Part shown: one piece after another, positions 28,849-38,123 of the stretch | How the letters are laid out: the number at the start of each line of letters is the position of its first letter | How positions within the stretch are numbered: position 1 is the stretch's first letter | DNA from: an uncultured Gammaproteobacteria bacterium | GTDB lineage: Bacteria; Pseudomonadota; Gammaproteobacteria; JACCXJ01 | Direction: 5' to 3' | Assembly: GCA_963764725.1 (NCBI GenBank) | Contig: CAVXTM010000011.1 | Span: forward strand, 224,001-288,000 | DNA: 64,000 nucleotides | Position numbers and translations under genes: made by a program | The notes under the pieces: generated by a model | What the model was told of the DNA's origin: nothing | Databases searched by the model: none | Seen by the model: only the letters and a program-made list of their open reading frames with translations

Positions 28849-29358
28849 CTAAGCCAAGTCTAGCAGGTTCCGCGAGACCGTCGCAACAGTTTCCCGCCCC
28901 AACATCTTAAGCAGGATCATCACGCGCCCTTCTGCCGATTCACCCCATACGGTCGCCTGCAGATTAGCGAGCGGCCCCTTTTCAATCATCACGGTGTCGC
29001 CCCTCTGGAACGCCAGTCGCTTTTGGTTATGCAGACCGGTACGCGGATCGGCGGTGCTCTTTATAGAGTCAACAACTACGCCGGGAACAATAGCCGGCTC
29101 CTCTGTGAAACGCACGAAATTCTGTACACCGCTTGTATAGCGAACCGGCCCCATGTTGTCATAGCCGGGCCGGAGGCGTATGAACAGATAACGAGGGAAC
29201 AATGGCTCGATGATCTGTACCCAGCGTTCATATCGTCGGCGTTGTTGATAGATTAAAGGCAAATAGACTTCGTAGCCTTGGCGTTCGAGGTTTTCCTCGG
29301 CAACCGTTTCTTTTCTCGGTTTGGTGTGAACAAGGTACCAATTTTTTACGATATCCAT
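28849..29358 (-). CDS. rfaH: Transcription antiterminator RfaH, copy 1 (head of the locus)
   Basis: WYLVHTKPRKETVAEENLERQGYEVYLP...IEPLFPRYLFI...GDTVMIEKGP. Confidence 0.92.
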   Translation of the reverse strand: MDIVKNWYLVHTKPRKETVAEENLERQGYEVYLPLIYQQRRRYERWVQIIEPLFPRYLFIRLRPGYDNMGPVRYTSGVQNFVRFTEEPAIVPGVVVDSIKSTADPRTGLHNQKRLAFQRGDTVMIEKGPLANLQATVWGESAEGRVMILLKMLGRETVATVSRNLLDLA

Positions 29359-29415
29359 ATCTGCCGAATAGCGTTATCCAAAATACTACGGTCGCGTAGC
29401 TTGGCCGTATGCTAG

Positions 29416-29430
29416 GCAAGCGGTATACCA
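29416..29430 (-). promoter_or_regulatory. Putative sigma54 promoter of rfaH copy 1
   Basis: TGGTATA-CCGC-TTGC (GG-N10-GC), 58 nt upstream of the ATG. Confidence 0.65.
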
Positions 29431-30517
29431 TGTCATCTAACTGCGCGTACCAGTAAGGCACCGGGATATAAACGGCACTCGTTGGTCGGCGGGGAGTGGC
29501 AGTTTACTGTCGGACCATAACGACAGAATGCTTAATTTTTCCAAATTTCGCTCCTCGCGAGCGCTAACCCTTGCGTACCGTTGGATTTGGAACCTTCGAC
29601 GCGTTATCAGCACATTGTCGCGACTCGACAACGACTCCTAACGCGGTCACCTGTATATGAAAGGAGTAATTTCCGAGCCTCTAGGTTGCAAGCCTTGCCC
29701 CATCTCATGAGCCCAATTCCGCTGTCGCCGACTATGCGGGGGCATCACCGGGTTGTTGCTTCTGGCCGGGCTTGGCGTGCACACATGCCATTGCTCTTCG
29801 CTTGCTAGATCATGGACGGCGGCCCGAAGCTCGTCTGCTGCTGCGACACGGAAGTGACGGCTATGAGAGCGGCGGCGGTTGTGTCACGCACGCCGCGGGC
29901 ACGGCGGGAGGTTGTTGCGAGATTACACTGCCGCCCGCGGCGGATCTCGCGCCAATGACTCCTTTACCGCAGGGTCAGATCCTCACGCCGCTCGCCGCGG
30001 CGCAGATGCCGCCCATTGCGCCATCCGCGGCGATCTCTCCGCACCCGCATGACCGGTATCGGTGCCGGACTCGCGCTCGCCTAACGGCACTCTGGCTACC
30101 AGGCGTACAGACCTACCTCCACACAAACCGCTTCAGGACCTAAGACTCCTTCGTTGCTGACTTTGTCGGTGCGCGGCCGCGCTACTCAGGGTCGCGCGTC
30201 TACCAACCTGCTGAAGCAGGATGTGAAGTGGTCCACGATTTCTGTCGTTGGCCGGGTTCGCTGACCCTGGTCTTTTATGGCCTATCGCGGCCACTCCTGG
30301 GCGCGGTTGACGCGCCGTTTATCGGGCTCAGGGAAGCCTCCGCGGAGCAATTCGTGGCAGCGACCAGGACCAGTTGCGGTGTCCATCACCACGAAGGGCC
30401 CGGCATAAATCTGCCAGGAGAGGGTAGGGGAATCTCACCACTCGCGATCTTCCCCGGGGTTCGGGCATGTTATTCTCCGCAAGCTTAAAAACGTTAGCGC
30501 TCGGCGGAGGTGGCGGC

Positions 30518-30545
30518 GTCTCCGGTTCCGACTTGAACCGGAGAC
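30518..30545 (-). terminator. Strong hairpin downstream of the basic small ORF
   Basis: 11-bp stem GTCTCCGGTTC/GAACCGGAGAC. The U-tract is not immediately adjacent. Confidence 0.5.
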
Positions 30546-30559
30546 ACCTGACTGGACTC

Positions 30560-30718
30560 TTATTTCTTAGATTTAGCGGAAGCGCGCTTGGCTGGAGCCT
30601 TTCTGCTGGCGGAGACCGGACGCTTGGCGCTTGTTGCGACCGCTTTCCTGCGGGCGGGGGCGGGTCGCTTGACCATCTTAGAAGCCGCCTTTGCCATCTT
30701 TTTCACTATCGTTGCCAT
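30560..30718 (-). CDS. 52-aa Lys/Arg/Ala/Pro-rich histone-H1-like small protein
   Basis: Below the ORF-track cutoff. MATIVKKMAKAASKMVKRPAPARRKAVATSAKRPVSASRKAPAKRASAKSKK; upstream GGGAG and downstream hairpin. Confidence 0.75.
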   Translation of the reverse strand: MATIVKKMAKAASKMVKRPAPARRKAVATSAKRPVSASRKAPAKRASAKSKK

Positions 30719-30931
30719 TGTCTATATATCACTCCCATGGACTCGTGTTAGGAATACCCCGCCGCGTAACCTGTGCGGCAGGCCCAAGTGCAGGAACAGG
30801 TCCCGCGTTTGCGTTCCCAATGGAAACGTGAATGGTTATCGTAGGTTACATCAATTTCTTGAATGCCGATGAAATAACAAGCGGTTAAGCTCGCTGAATC
30901 GGAGCGGGATCTTTCCATATCGCGCGTCGGA

Positions 30932-31678
30932 TCACGCGCTAGCTTCGTTGATCAAGAGGTCTTTTGCTTGATTGATCTTGGCGGCCAAATAGTCGGACCC
31001 GCCGCGGTCGGGGTGGAAGCGCAGAATAAGCCGCCGATGCGCGGCGATGACTTGAGCTTTGCTCGCCCCGGGCGCTAGGGCCAGGACCGCGTAGGCCTCC
31101 TCGGGTGTCATGGAAGCGCGGCCGGGCGGCGATTCGCGGCCAGCCTCGGCGTTCGCCGTGGTCTTCCATTCCTCGCCATAGACCCGCTCGAGGTAGCTTT
31201 GCAGTAACGCGGCCGAGTCCGCATCGTTGGCCCGGCAATGGTGGTAAATCTCCACGAGGTCCGCGAGGCTCAATGCGCTCAGCCTTGCGCCTGCGAAAGG
31301 GCCTGCCAAGACCTCGCCGTCGATTTCACCGCTACCGTGCTCCAGCCACATGCGCACGTAGTGGGCATCGACCGTCGATCGGCGGGCGTCGCCGCGAGCA
31401 CTACCTTGGGGGTGGATCTGCCGCCACAGGCGCTGTAATAGCGGGGCGAAGTGTAGCAAGGGGAGTAGCCGGATGGCCGCTGCCAGTAACGCGGCGAGTA
31501 GCGCCAACAGCCAATTCAGGTGCCCGGTGCCCGCCAAGAATAATAACACCACGGCCCCGAGGGCGAGGAGGACTTGCCGCAAATGCTGCGCGATGACCGC
31601 GGGCGGGGTGCGAAGAAACCAACGCCAACCGACAATCCCAACGAGGATCGCGACGAGCGCGAGGAGCACAAGACGCAC
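30932..31678 (-). CDS. Membrane-anchored protein with a C-terminal DnaJ (J) domain
   Basis: N-terminal TM helices; EAYAVLAL...HPDRGGSDYLAAKINQAKD. Confidence 0.88.
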   Translation of the reverse strand: MRLVLLALVAILVGIVGWRWFLRTPPAVIAQHLRQVLLALGAVVLLFLAGTGHLNWLLALLAALLAAAIRLLPLLHFAPLLQRLWRQIHPQGSARGDARRSTVDAHYVRMWLEHGSGEIDGEVLAGPFAGARLSALSLADLVEIYHHCRANDADSAALLQSYLERVYGEEWKTTANAEAGRESPPGRASMTPEEAYAVLALAPGASKAQVIAAHRRLILRFHPDRGGSDYLAAKINQAKDLLINEASA

Positions 31679-31683
31679 GGGCG

Positions 31684-32400
31684 CTAACCTTTGCGAACTT
31701 GGTGGGACAGTTGCAGGACGATGCCGCCGCGCTGCCGGCTAAAATCCTCCAGCGCGGCGCGCCCGCCGGCGGCATACACGGCGACGGCGCTCAGCAGGTC
31801 GCGCAGTTGCCGTGGACTGCTCGAGTCGAAACGGCAGTAGGCTCCGTTCGATAGGCGCGCGATATGCCGGAAGGCGCGCTCCGCGACCGGATCGTCGCCC
31901 TCTTGAAATACGAATGCGGGAATGCCGAGGATCCCCAGCTCTCCGGCGCGGTGGCACAGGCGGTCGCTGTCTTCCTCCATGCAATCGCCTACGAAGACCA
32001 GGGCATGCACGCGGTTGCCGCGGCTTGCCTCGACAGCGTGGTTTAGAACCTTGTCGATCTGGGTGTAACCCCCCAGGCAATGTACGGCCGTCATTTGCCG
32101 CGATAAAGCATTCGGCTCATGCAGCCAGGCCGTTGCCTCGAACTGCTGAAAGCCGCGGTAATAGCATAATTGGATTTCCAACCCGCCGAGAGAGGCGGTT
32201 TCGGCGAACATCTGTGCCTGGATCCGGCAGGCTTGATTCCAGGTCGGTTCCCGGCTCGCGGTGGCATCCATGGCGAAGATCAGTCGTCCGCGCTGCCCGC
32301 CAGGTTTGAGCGTCGAGAGACCCGAAACTTGGCGCAGAAAGTTGTCGATGTGTCCGCGCGAGGATTTTTCCGGGAGCCGGGAGGAATCTCTATCTTTCAT
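31684..32400 (-). CDS. VWA-domain protein
   Basis: LIFAMDATASR (MIDAS-like), GGYTQI, LVFVGD. Confidence 0.85.
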   Translation of the reverse strand: MKDRDSSRLPEKSSRGHIDNFLRQVSGLSTLKPGGQRGRLIFAMDATASREPTWNQACRIQAQMFAETASLGGLEIQLCYYRGFQQFEATAWLHEPNALSRQMTAVHCLGGYTQIDKVLNHAVEASRGNRVHALVFVGDCMEEDSDRLCHRAGELGILGIPAFVFQEGDDPVAERAFRHIARLSNGAYCRFDSSSPRQLRDLLSAVAVYAAGGRAALEDFSRQRGGIVLQLSHQVRKG

Positions 32401-32601
32401 TGGTTCACTGATAACCCGCAGTCATAACCGATCGCCGATGATCGTCCTATGCGACCTTATATGCGCGATCTCGGTTCCAATTTCAACCCGTAGGGCGTCC
32501 CGGCAAGCGTTGCGCGGGCCGCGGAATATAGTATTTTATGGAGTTGCTACGCGCGGCCAACCGAATGGGCGCCGTGGCTCGGCTCGAACTGAGGTGGGAT
32601 C

Positions 32602-34758
32602 GTGAACACTAAGCTATTCAAATCGGTTCTGCGCCCGATTTTGCGGCGGGTCGTCGGGCTGCTGTTTCGGGTCGAAGTAACAGGAAAGATCAGCGCTCTA
32701 GGCGCACAGCGACTGCTTATCATCGCCAACCATCAATCGTTTTTGGACGGCTTGATCTTGGCGTTGTTTCTGCCTTTGGATCCGGTGTTCGTCATACACA
32801 CCCACGTGGCGGAGAATCCGTGGTTCCGGCTGGCGCTAAACCTCGTCGACTTTCTCACCGTGGATCCGACCAGCCCCTTGGCCATGAAAAGGGTGGTGAG
32901 ACTGCTGGAAGCGGGCCGGCCGGTGCTCATCTTTCCGGAGGGCAGGATCACCATCACCGGGAGCCTGATGAAAGTCTACGACGGTCCGGCCTTCGCCGCC
33001 GCGCGTAGCGGCGCCACGATTATTCCGGTGCGCTTGGACGGCCCGGCCCGCTCCTATTTCAGCCGCGTCTCCGGGCGTCATCCGAGGCAGCTCCTACCGC
33101 GGGTCACGGTGTCGATCCTCGATCCGGTGCGCCTCGAGGTTCCCGAAGGCGCCAGCGCCAAACAGCGGCGCCGCAAGGCGGGCGAGGGTATGCGCAAGCT
33201 CATGCAAGGAATGATATTCAGATCGCATCCCATTCAGACGCTCTACGCCGGGCTCATTGACGCCGTCGAGATCTTCGGCCGGCGTCACTTGATCGCGGAA
33301 GACATTAAGGGCATCGAATACAACTACGGCAAGTTCTTGATGCATACGCTCACGCTCGGCCGCTTGTGCGCCCGCATCACGGCTGCGGGAGAAAACATCG
33401 GCATCCTGTTGCCGAATGTCGTCTCTACCGTCGCCCTGGTGTTCGGCATGAGCGCGTTTCGCCGCGTCCCCGCGATGCTCAACTATACTGCCGGCGCCGA
33501 GGGGCTAAAAAACGCGTGCGAGATTGCCGCTATCCGAACGGTCTTGACCTCAAGAGCCTTTATCGAGACGTCGCGCCTCGGAGGTGTCGTCGAGGCGCTG
33601 CGGCATGTGCAGGTGGTCTATCTCGAGGATCTCCGGCGAGAGTTCAGTCTCGCGGATCGTTTGTGGCTCGTTGGCTATGCGCTATGGTTCCCGCGTTGGG
33701 TGGGCGCCGTCGCCGGCGCCGAGGATCCCGCCGTCGTCTTGTTTACCTCGGGGTCCGAGGCCAAACCCAAGGGCGTCGTGCTTTCTAATCGCGCCCTGCT
33801 ATCGAATATTGCTCAGGTCCGGGCCGTCATCGATCTGGGAGGCGACGATAAGATATTCAATGCTCTGCCCATGTTCCATTCCTTTGGATTAACGATGGGC
33901 GCGTTGTTGCCGCTGCTAACCGGCACGCGCATCTTTATCTATCCGACCCCGCTCCACTACCGCGTGATCCCTGAGCTTATCTACGACCGCGCTTGCACGG
34001 TCTTGTTCGGGACTCCGACTTTTTTAAGTCACTATGCCCGCTTTGCCCATCCTTACGATTTCTTCCGGCTGCGCTATGTGATCGCCGGGGCCGAGCGGCT
34101 CAGCGAGCCGGTGCGGATGGCCTGGTTCGAGAAATTCGGGATCCGGATTTTGGAAGGCTATGGCGCCACGGAAACCGCGCCGGTTCTGGCGCTGAACACC
34201 CTCATGGCGTATCGCACCGGCACGGTCGGCCAACTCTTGCCCGGTATCGACGCCGTCCTCCAACCGGTGCCCGGAATCGAGCGCGGTGGCCAACTCCACG
34301 TGCGGGGCCCGAACCTGATGAGCGGTTACAACCGTGATCCGAGACCGGGGATCATCGAGCCGCCCCGATCGGAGGCCGGAGAAGGTTGGTATGACACCGG
34401 TGACATCGTCGAGATCGACGCCGACGGTTTCGTGAAAATCACCGGGCGTTTAAAGCGTTTCGCCAAGGTGGCGGGCGAGATGGTCTCGCTCGAGGTGGTC
34501 GAGAGAATCGCGGCGACGGCGTCTCCGCAGAGCCAGCACGCGGCCGCAGTGCAACCCGATGCTAAGCGCGGGGAGGTGATCGTACTGTTCTCCACGGATG
34601 GGGCGCTTACGCGCGAGCGCCTGCAGGAAGAGGCGCGCCGTAGCGGGCAGCCCGAGCTGGCGGTGCCGCGACGCGTCGTGCATCTCGAGGCCGTGCCGTT
34701 GCTCGGTAGCGGCAAGATCGACCATGTAAGCCTACGGCGTATGGCCGAATCCGCGTGA
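32602..34758 (+). CDS. aas: Bifunctional 2-acyl-GPE acyltransferase / acyl-ACP synthetase
   Basis: ANHQSFLD, IFPEGR; LFTSGSEAKPKG, EGYGATE, YDTGD. Confidence 0.93.
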   Translation: MNTKLFKSVLRPILRRVVGLLFRVEVTGKISALGAQRLLIIANHQSFLDGLILALFLPLDPVFVIHTHVAENPWFRLALNLVDFLTVDPTSPLAMKRVVRLLEAGRPVLIFPEGRITITGSLMKVYDGPAFAAARSGATIIPVRLDGPARSYFSRVSGRHPRQLLPRVTVSILDPVRLEVPEGASAKQRRRKAGEGMRKLMQGMIFRSHPIQTLYAGLIDAVEIFGRRHLIAEDIKGIEYNYGKFLMHTLTLGRLCARITAAGENIGILLPNVVSTVALVFGMSAFRRVPAMLNYTAGAEGLKNACEIAAIRTVLTSRAFIETSRLGGVVEALRHVQVVYLEDLRREFSLADRLWLVGYALWFPRWVGAVAGAEDPAVVLFTSGSEAKPKGVVLSNRALLSNIAQVRAVIDLGGDDKIFNALPMFHSFGLTMGALLPLLTGTRIFIYPTPLHYRVIPELIYDRACTVLFGTPTFLSHYARFAHPYDFFRLRYVIAGAERLSEPVRMAWFEKFGIRILEGYGATETAPVLALNTLMAYRTGTVGQLLPGIDAVLQPVPGIERGGQLHVRGPNLMSGYNRDPRPGIIEPPRSEAGEGWYDTGDIVEIDADGFVKITGRLKRFAKVAGEMVSLEVVERIAATASPQSQHAAAVQPDAKRGEVIVLFSTDGALTRERLQEEARRSGQPELAVPRRVVHLEAVPLLGSGKIDHVSLRRMAESA

Positions 34759-34842
34759 TGCTTGCGCAATCGATTCATGGAACTCGATTCCTGCTCATAC
34801 GCCCGCGGCGCATGCGGAGCCCGGAGTTACTATAAAGTAACC

Positions 34843-36240
34843 TTATTCCATCCCTAGTTCTTGAATCTTCCGCGTCAGGGTATTGCGCCCCCAGCCCAGG
34901 AGCTTGGCCGCGTCCTGCCGCCGTCCGGCGGTTTTGGATAAAGCCGTCTCAATCATCGCCCGTTCGAACGTCTCCAAGGCTTTCGGGACTAAATTGTATT
35001 CGCCCATGGCCAAATGGCGTTCGGCCCAGCGACGTAGCGTGGCTTCCCAGTCCTCTGCGCCGCCCTCCAGGCCGGACTCCTTGAGTTCGGGCGGCAGATC
35101 GTCCACATGGATTTCCTGGGCTGCGGCCATGACCGTGAGCCAGCGGCAGACGTTCTCGAGCTGGCGGACGTTTCCCGGCCAAGAATACGCGCTCATCACG
35201 GACAGGGTATCGGGGTGTAACGCCTTGGGATCGACATCCAAATCGTGGGCGGCCGTGGTGAGGAAGTGGTTCGCCAGTATTGCGATATCGGTCCGGCGCT
35301 CTCGCAACGGCGGGACCCGTAAGCGTATGACGTTGAGCCGATGAAACAGGTCCTCGCGAAACGTGCCTTCCTTGACCCGCTGCTCCAGGTCCTGATGCGT
35401 TGCGGCGATGACGCGTACATCGACCTTGATGGACTCGTGACCACCCAGGCGATAAAATTGCCCATCCGCCAGCACCCGCAAAAAGCGCGTTTGCAACTCG
35501 GCCGGCATGTCCCCGATCTCGTCGAGGAACAGGGTGCCGCCATGCGCTTGTTCAAAGCGGCCTTGCCGGTGGGTCGCGGCGCCTGTAAACGCCCCCCGTT
35601 CATGCCCGAAGAGATCGGACTCCAGGAGCTCTCTTGGAATGGCGGCCGTGTTGAGCGCGATAAAAGTCTTATCTGCCCGTGGGCTATGGCGGTGCAACGC
35701 GCACGCGATGAGCTCCTTGCCGGTGCCCGATTCGCCCGTTAGGAGGACGGTGATATTCGAGCGTGACAAGCGGCCGATGGCGCGAAAAACCTCCTGCATC
35801 GCCGGGGCCGAGCCAATGATCTCCGAGGCCTGGACCGGCTCGAACCCGACATCCTCGCGTAATTTATTGGCCCGTCCGCGCACCGCGCGGCGAATAATCG
35901 CGACCGCTTCCTCGACGTCGAAGGGTTTCGCGAGGTATTCAAAGGCGCCGCCCTGGAAGGCCGCCACGGCGCGGTCGAGATCGGCGTAGGCGGTCATGAC
36001 GATGACCGGCAGGCTGGGATAATCGTGGCGGACTCTTGCCAACAAACTGAAGCCATCCGTCCCCGGCATGCGGATATCCGAGACGATGGCATCGGGAACC
36101 TCGCGTTGGAGACTGTGCAAGGCAGTGTCGGCGTTATCGAAACACCGAATCCGCATACTGGCTCGGGTGAGCGCCTTTTCCAATACCCAACGGATGGCGC
36201 GGTCGTCATCCACCACCCAAATATATTCTTGTTCGCTCAT
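34843..36240 (-). CDS. ntrC: Nitrogen regulation response regulator NtrC (GlnG)
   Basis: REC domain, GESGTGKE, GAFTGA, HTH LGWGRNTLTRK. Confidence 0.96.
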   Translation of the reverse strand: MSEQEYIWVVDDDRAIRWVLEKALTRASMRIRCFDNADTALHSLQREVPDAIVSDIRMPGTDGFSLLARVRHDYPSLPVIVMTAYADLDRAVAAFQGGAFEYLAKPFDVEEAVAIIRRAVRGRANKLREDVGFEPVQASEIIGSAPAMQEVFRAIGRLSRSNITVLLTGESGTGKELIACALHRHSPRADKTFIALNTAAIPRELLESDLFGHERGAFTGAATHRQGRFEQAHGGTLFLDEIGDMPAELQTRFLRVLADGQFYRLGGHESIKVDVRVIAATHQDLEQRVKEGTFREDLFHRLNVIRLRVPPLRERRTDIAILANHFLTTAAHDLDVDPKALHPDTLSVMSAYSWPGNVRQLENVCRWLTVMAAAQEIHVDDLPPELKESGLEGGAEDWEATLRRWAERHLAMGEYNLVPKALETFERAMIETALSKTAGRRQDAAKLLGWGRNTLTRKIQELGME

Positions 36241-37320
36241 GTTCCGTTCTCAACCGGTAACCAAACGCTGAATACGGTTTCACCCGGTTTGGAGGAATAA
36301 ATAATTTGCCCGCCGTGGCCATGCACCAGCGAACGGGCTATCGAGAGTCCCAGGCCGGTCCCGTTCGAGCGGCCGCTGATCATCGGGAAAAAAATGTCTT
36401 CGGCGATCTCCGCGGGCACACCCGGACCGTCATCGATAATATCCACGCGAATAACCAAACGGTGGCGTTTGAGCCCGATGGCGCATTGCCGTTGCGCGCG
36501 CGTACGAAAGCTGACCGTCCCCTGATAGGAGACCGCTTGTGCGGCATTCTGGGCGATATTCAAGAAGGCTTGGATCAAATAGTCGCGATCGGCGAGAAGA
36601 TCGGGCAGGCTCGGGTCGTAATCGCGAACGATGGTCAGCGCAGGTTCCGCGCCCGCCTCCAAGAGCGAGCCCACGTGCTCCAACACCTCGTGAATATTGA
36701 CCGCCGTCACGCGCGGGTCCGCGTTCGGCACCAGCATCCGGTCCATCAGCTTACGCAGCCGGTCCACCTCACCGACGATGAGCCGAGTGTATTCCTTGTG
36801 GGCCGGTGAGGCCAATTCGCATTCAAGGAGCTGCGCCGCGCCGCGGATCCCGCCCAGCGGGTTCTTAATTTCGTGCGCCATCTCTTTCAATAGCGTGCGC
36901 AAGACATTCTGCAGCCCAAGCGCCGCTTCACCGCGAAGCATGCGGCGTAGTCCGTCGCTGCTTGACATCTCGACGAGAAGCGCCGGTCTCCCCATGGCCA
37001 TTACCGCACGGGGTCAGCGTGCAATCAACACATTGCGATACGCGGTTGGCGGATACAATTTCGAGATCCCATTCGGTGACCACCTGGCCGGCTTTGAGCG
37101 TATGTTTCAGCGCCTTGGGTAACGCGTCGTTACCGAATATCTTGTCAACGCGTTGGCCCGCCATTTTCTTAACGCTTGCGGATAAAAGGTTTTCGCCCGC
37201 CGAGTTGACAAGCTGCAGTCGCAGCTTGCTGTCAAACAGCAGTATCGCGGTGGATAGGTTTTCTACGATCCAACCGGCAGTCACGGATGTCAACGGCGAT
37301 CCCGCGTGACTACGCACCAT
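36237..37320 (-). pseudogene. ntrB: Sensor kinase NtrB (GlnL), split by one frameshift near 36985-37000 (real or sequencing error)
   Basis: PAS half in 36928-37320; kinase half (AHEIKNPLGGIRGAAQLL, DYDPSLP, GTGLGL) in 36237-37001. Lies between glnA and ntrC. Confidence 0.85.
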
Positions 37321-37329
37321 TATGGTGCA
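37313..37329. promoter_or_regulatory. NtrC-binding site at the ntrB 5' end
   Basis: TGCACCATAATGGTGCG, close to the TGCACC-N5-GGTGCA consensus. Confidence 0.85.
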
Positions 37330-37472
37330 CCCCCACTGCTAAAGTCGCGAGCTTAACAACATATCTCCGAGAATCTACGACAGATCCGATTAAACGAGAC
37401 AGGTTTCTGAGCCGACGATAGAAGCCCGGCAACTTCCAGACCAATTTCTAAAGGACCGGCGCGGCGCGCCTC

Positions 37473-38021
37473 TTAATTGTTGGGCAAGGACGGGTCGCGC
37501 AAGGACGGGCCGAGCAGGACGGAGTGCTTCCTTAAATGAAAGGTCACCGTGGGCGAGGCCGACAGTTTGGCTCCGCTCTTATCGACGACGGTCGCCTGAA
37601 TGCTGTGCGTTCCACGATCCATGTTCGGGATTGTGAAGTCAGTCGCCGCAGCCCCCTCAGAGGGACTTCCATCAACCGACAGCACGACTTTATGCCCGAG
37701 AGCGACTTGCAGATCGGGCACCAGTCCCACTTTGACACTGATAGTGCCAATATTGTCCCAAATCGTCTCGTCATTGGCCGGCGCGAGTATTTCTACGTTT
37801 TTGTAACCGGCGAACTCCTTTTGCGGCGCTTCCTTAGGCGATTCGGACTCCTTCGTTGGAGGGGTTTCATAGGTCTGCAGCTTGAGCCCTTTGACCTCTT
37901 CTGCGCCCGGATGGGGTTTATCGGAAAATTGCACGTTCCCATCCGCGTCGGTCCATTTATAGACCGCCGCGTGGGCCACGCTGGTGAGAACAAGCAGGCA
38001 ATAGAGGATAAGCACGCGCAT
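37473..38021 (-). CDS. DUF4124-domain exported protein
   Basis: Signal peptide then VYKWTDADGNVQFSDKP. Usual position between glnA and ntrB. Confidence 0.85.
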   Translation of the reverse strand: MRVLILYCLLVLTSVAHAAVYKWTDADGNVQFSDKPHPGAEEVKGLKLQTYETPPTKESESPKEAPQKEFAGYKNVEILAPANDETIWDNIGTISVKVGLVPDLQVALGHKVVLSVDGSPSEGAAATDFTIPNMDRGTHSIQATVVDKSGAKLSASPTVTFHLRKHSVLLGPSLRDPSLPNN

Positions 38022-38070
38022 GCTTACAGGGTAGCCAACTTGTCGCCAAGCCGCAAGTCGGCTTAAATGC

Positions 38071-38100
38071 AAGAAGAAGGGACCGATTAAGCCCCTTCTT
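38071..38100 (-). terminator. Probable intrinsic terminator of glnA
   Basis: Stem AAGAAGGG/CCCTTCTT with a pyrimidine-rich tail just after the glnA stop. Confidence 0.6.
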
Positions 38101-38123
38101 GCGCCATCGTAGCAGTGGCTCGC

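Noticed and set aside
29440-30480. Short ORFs in a ~1-kb gap upstream of rfaH1
   Set aside because: No recognisable motifs or coherent frame. Could be decayed DNA or an enhancer region, but no call is supportable.
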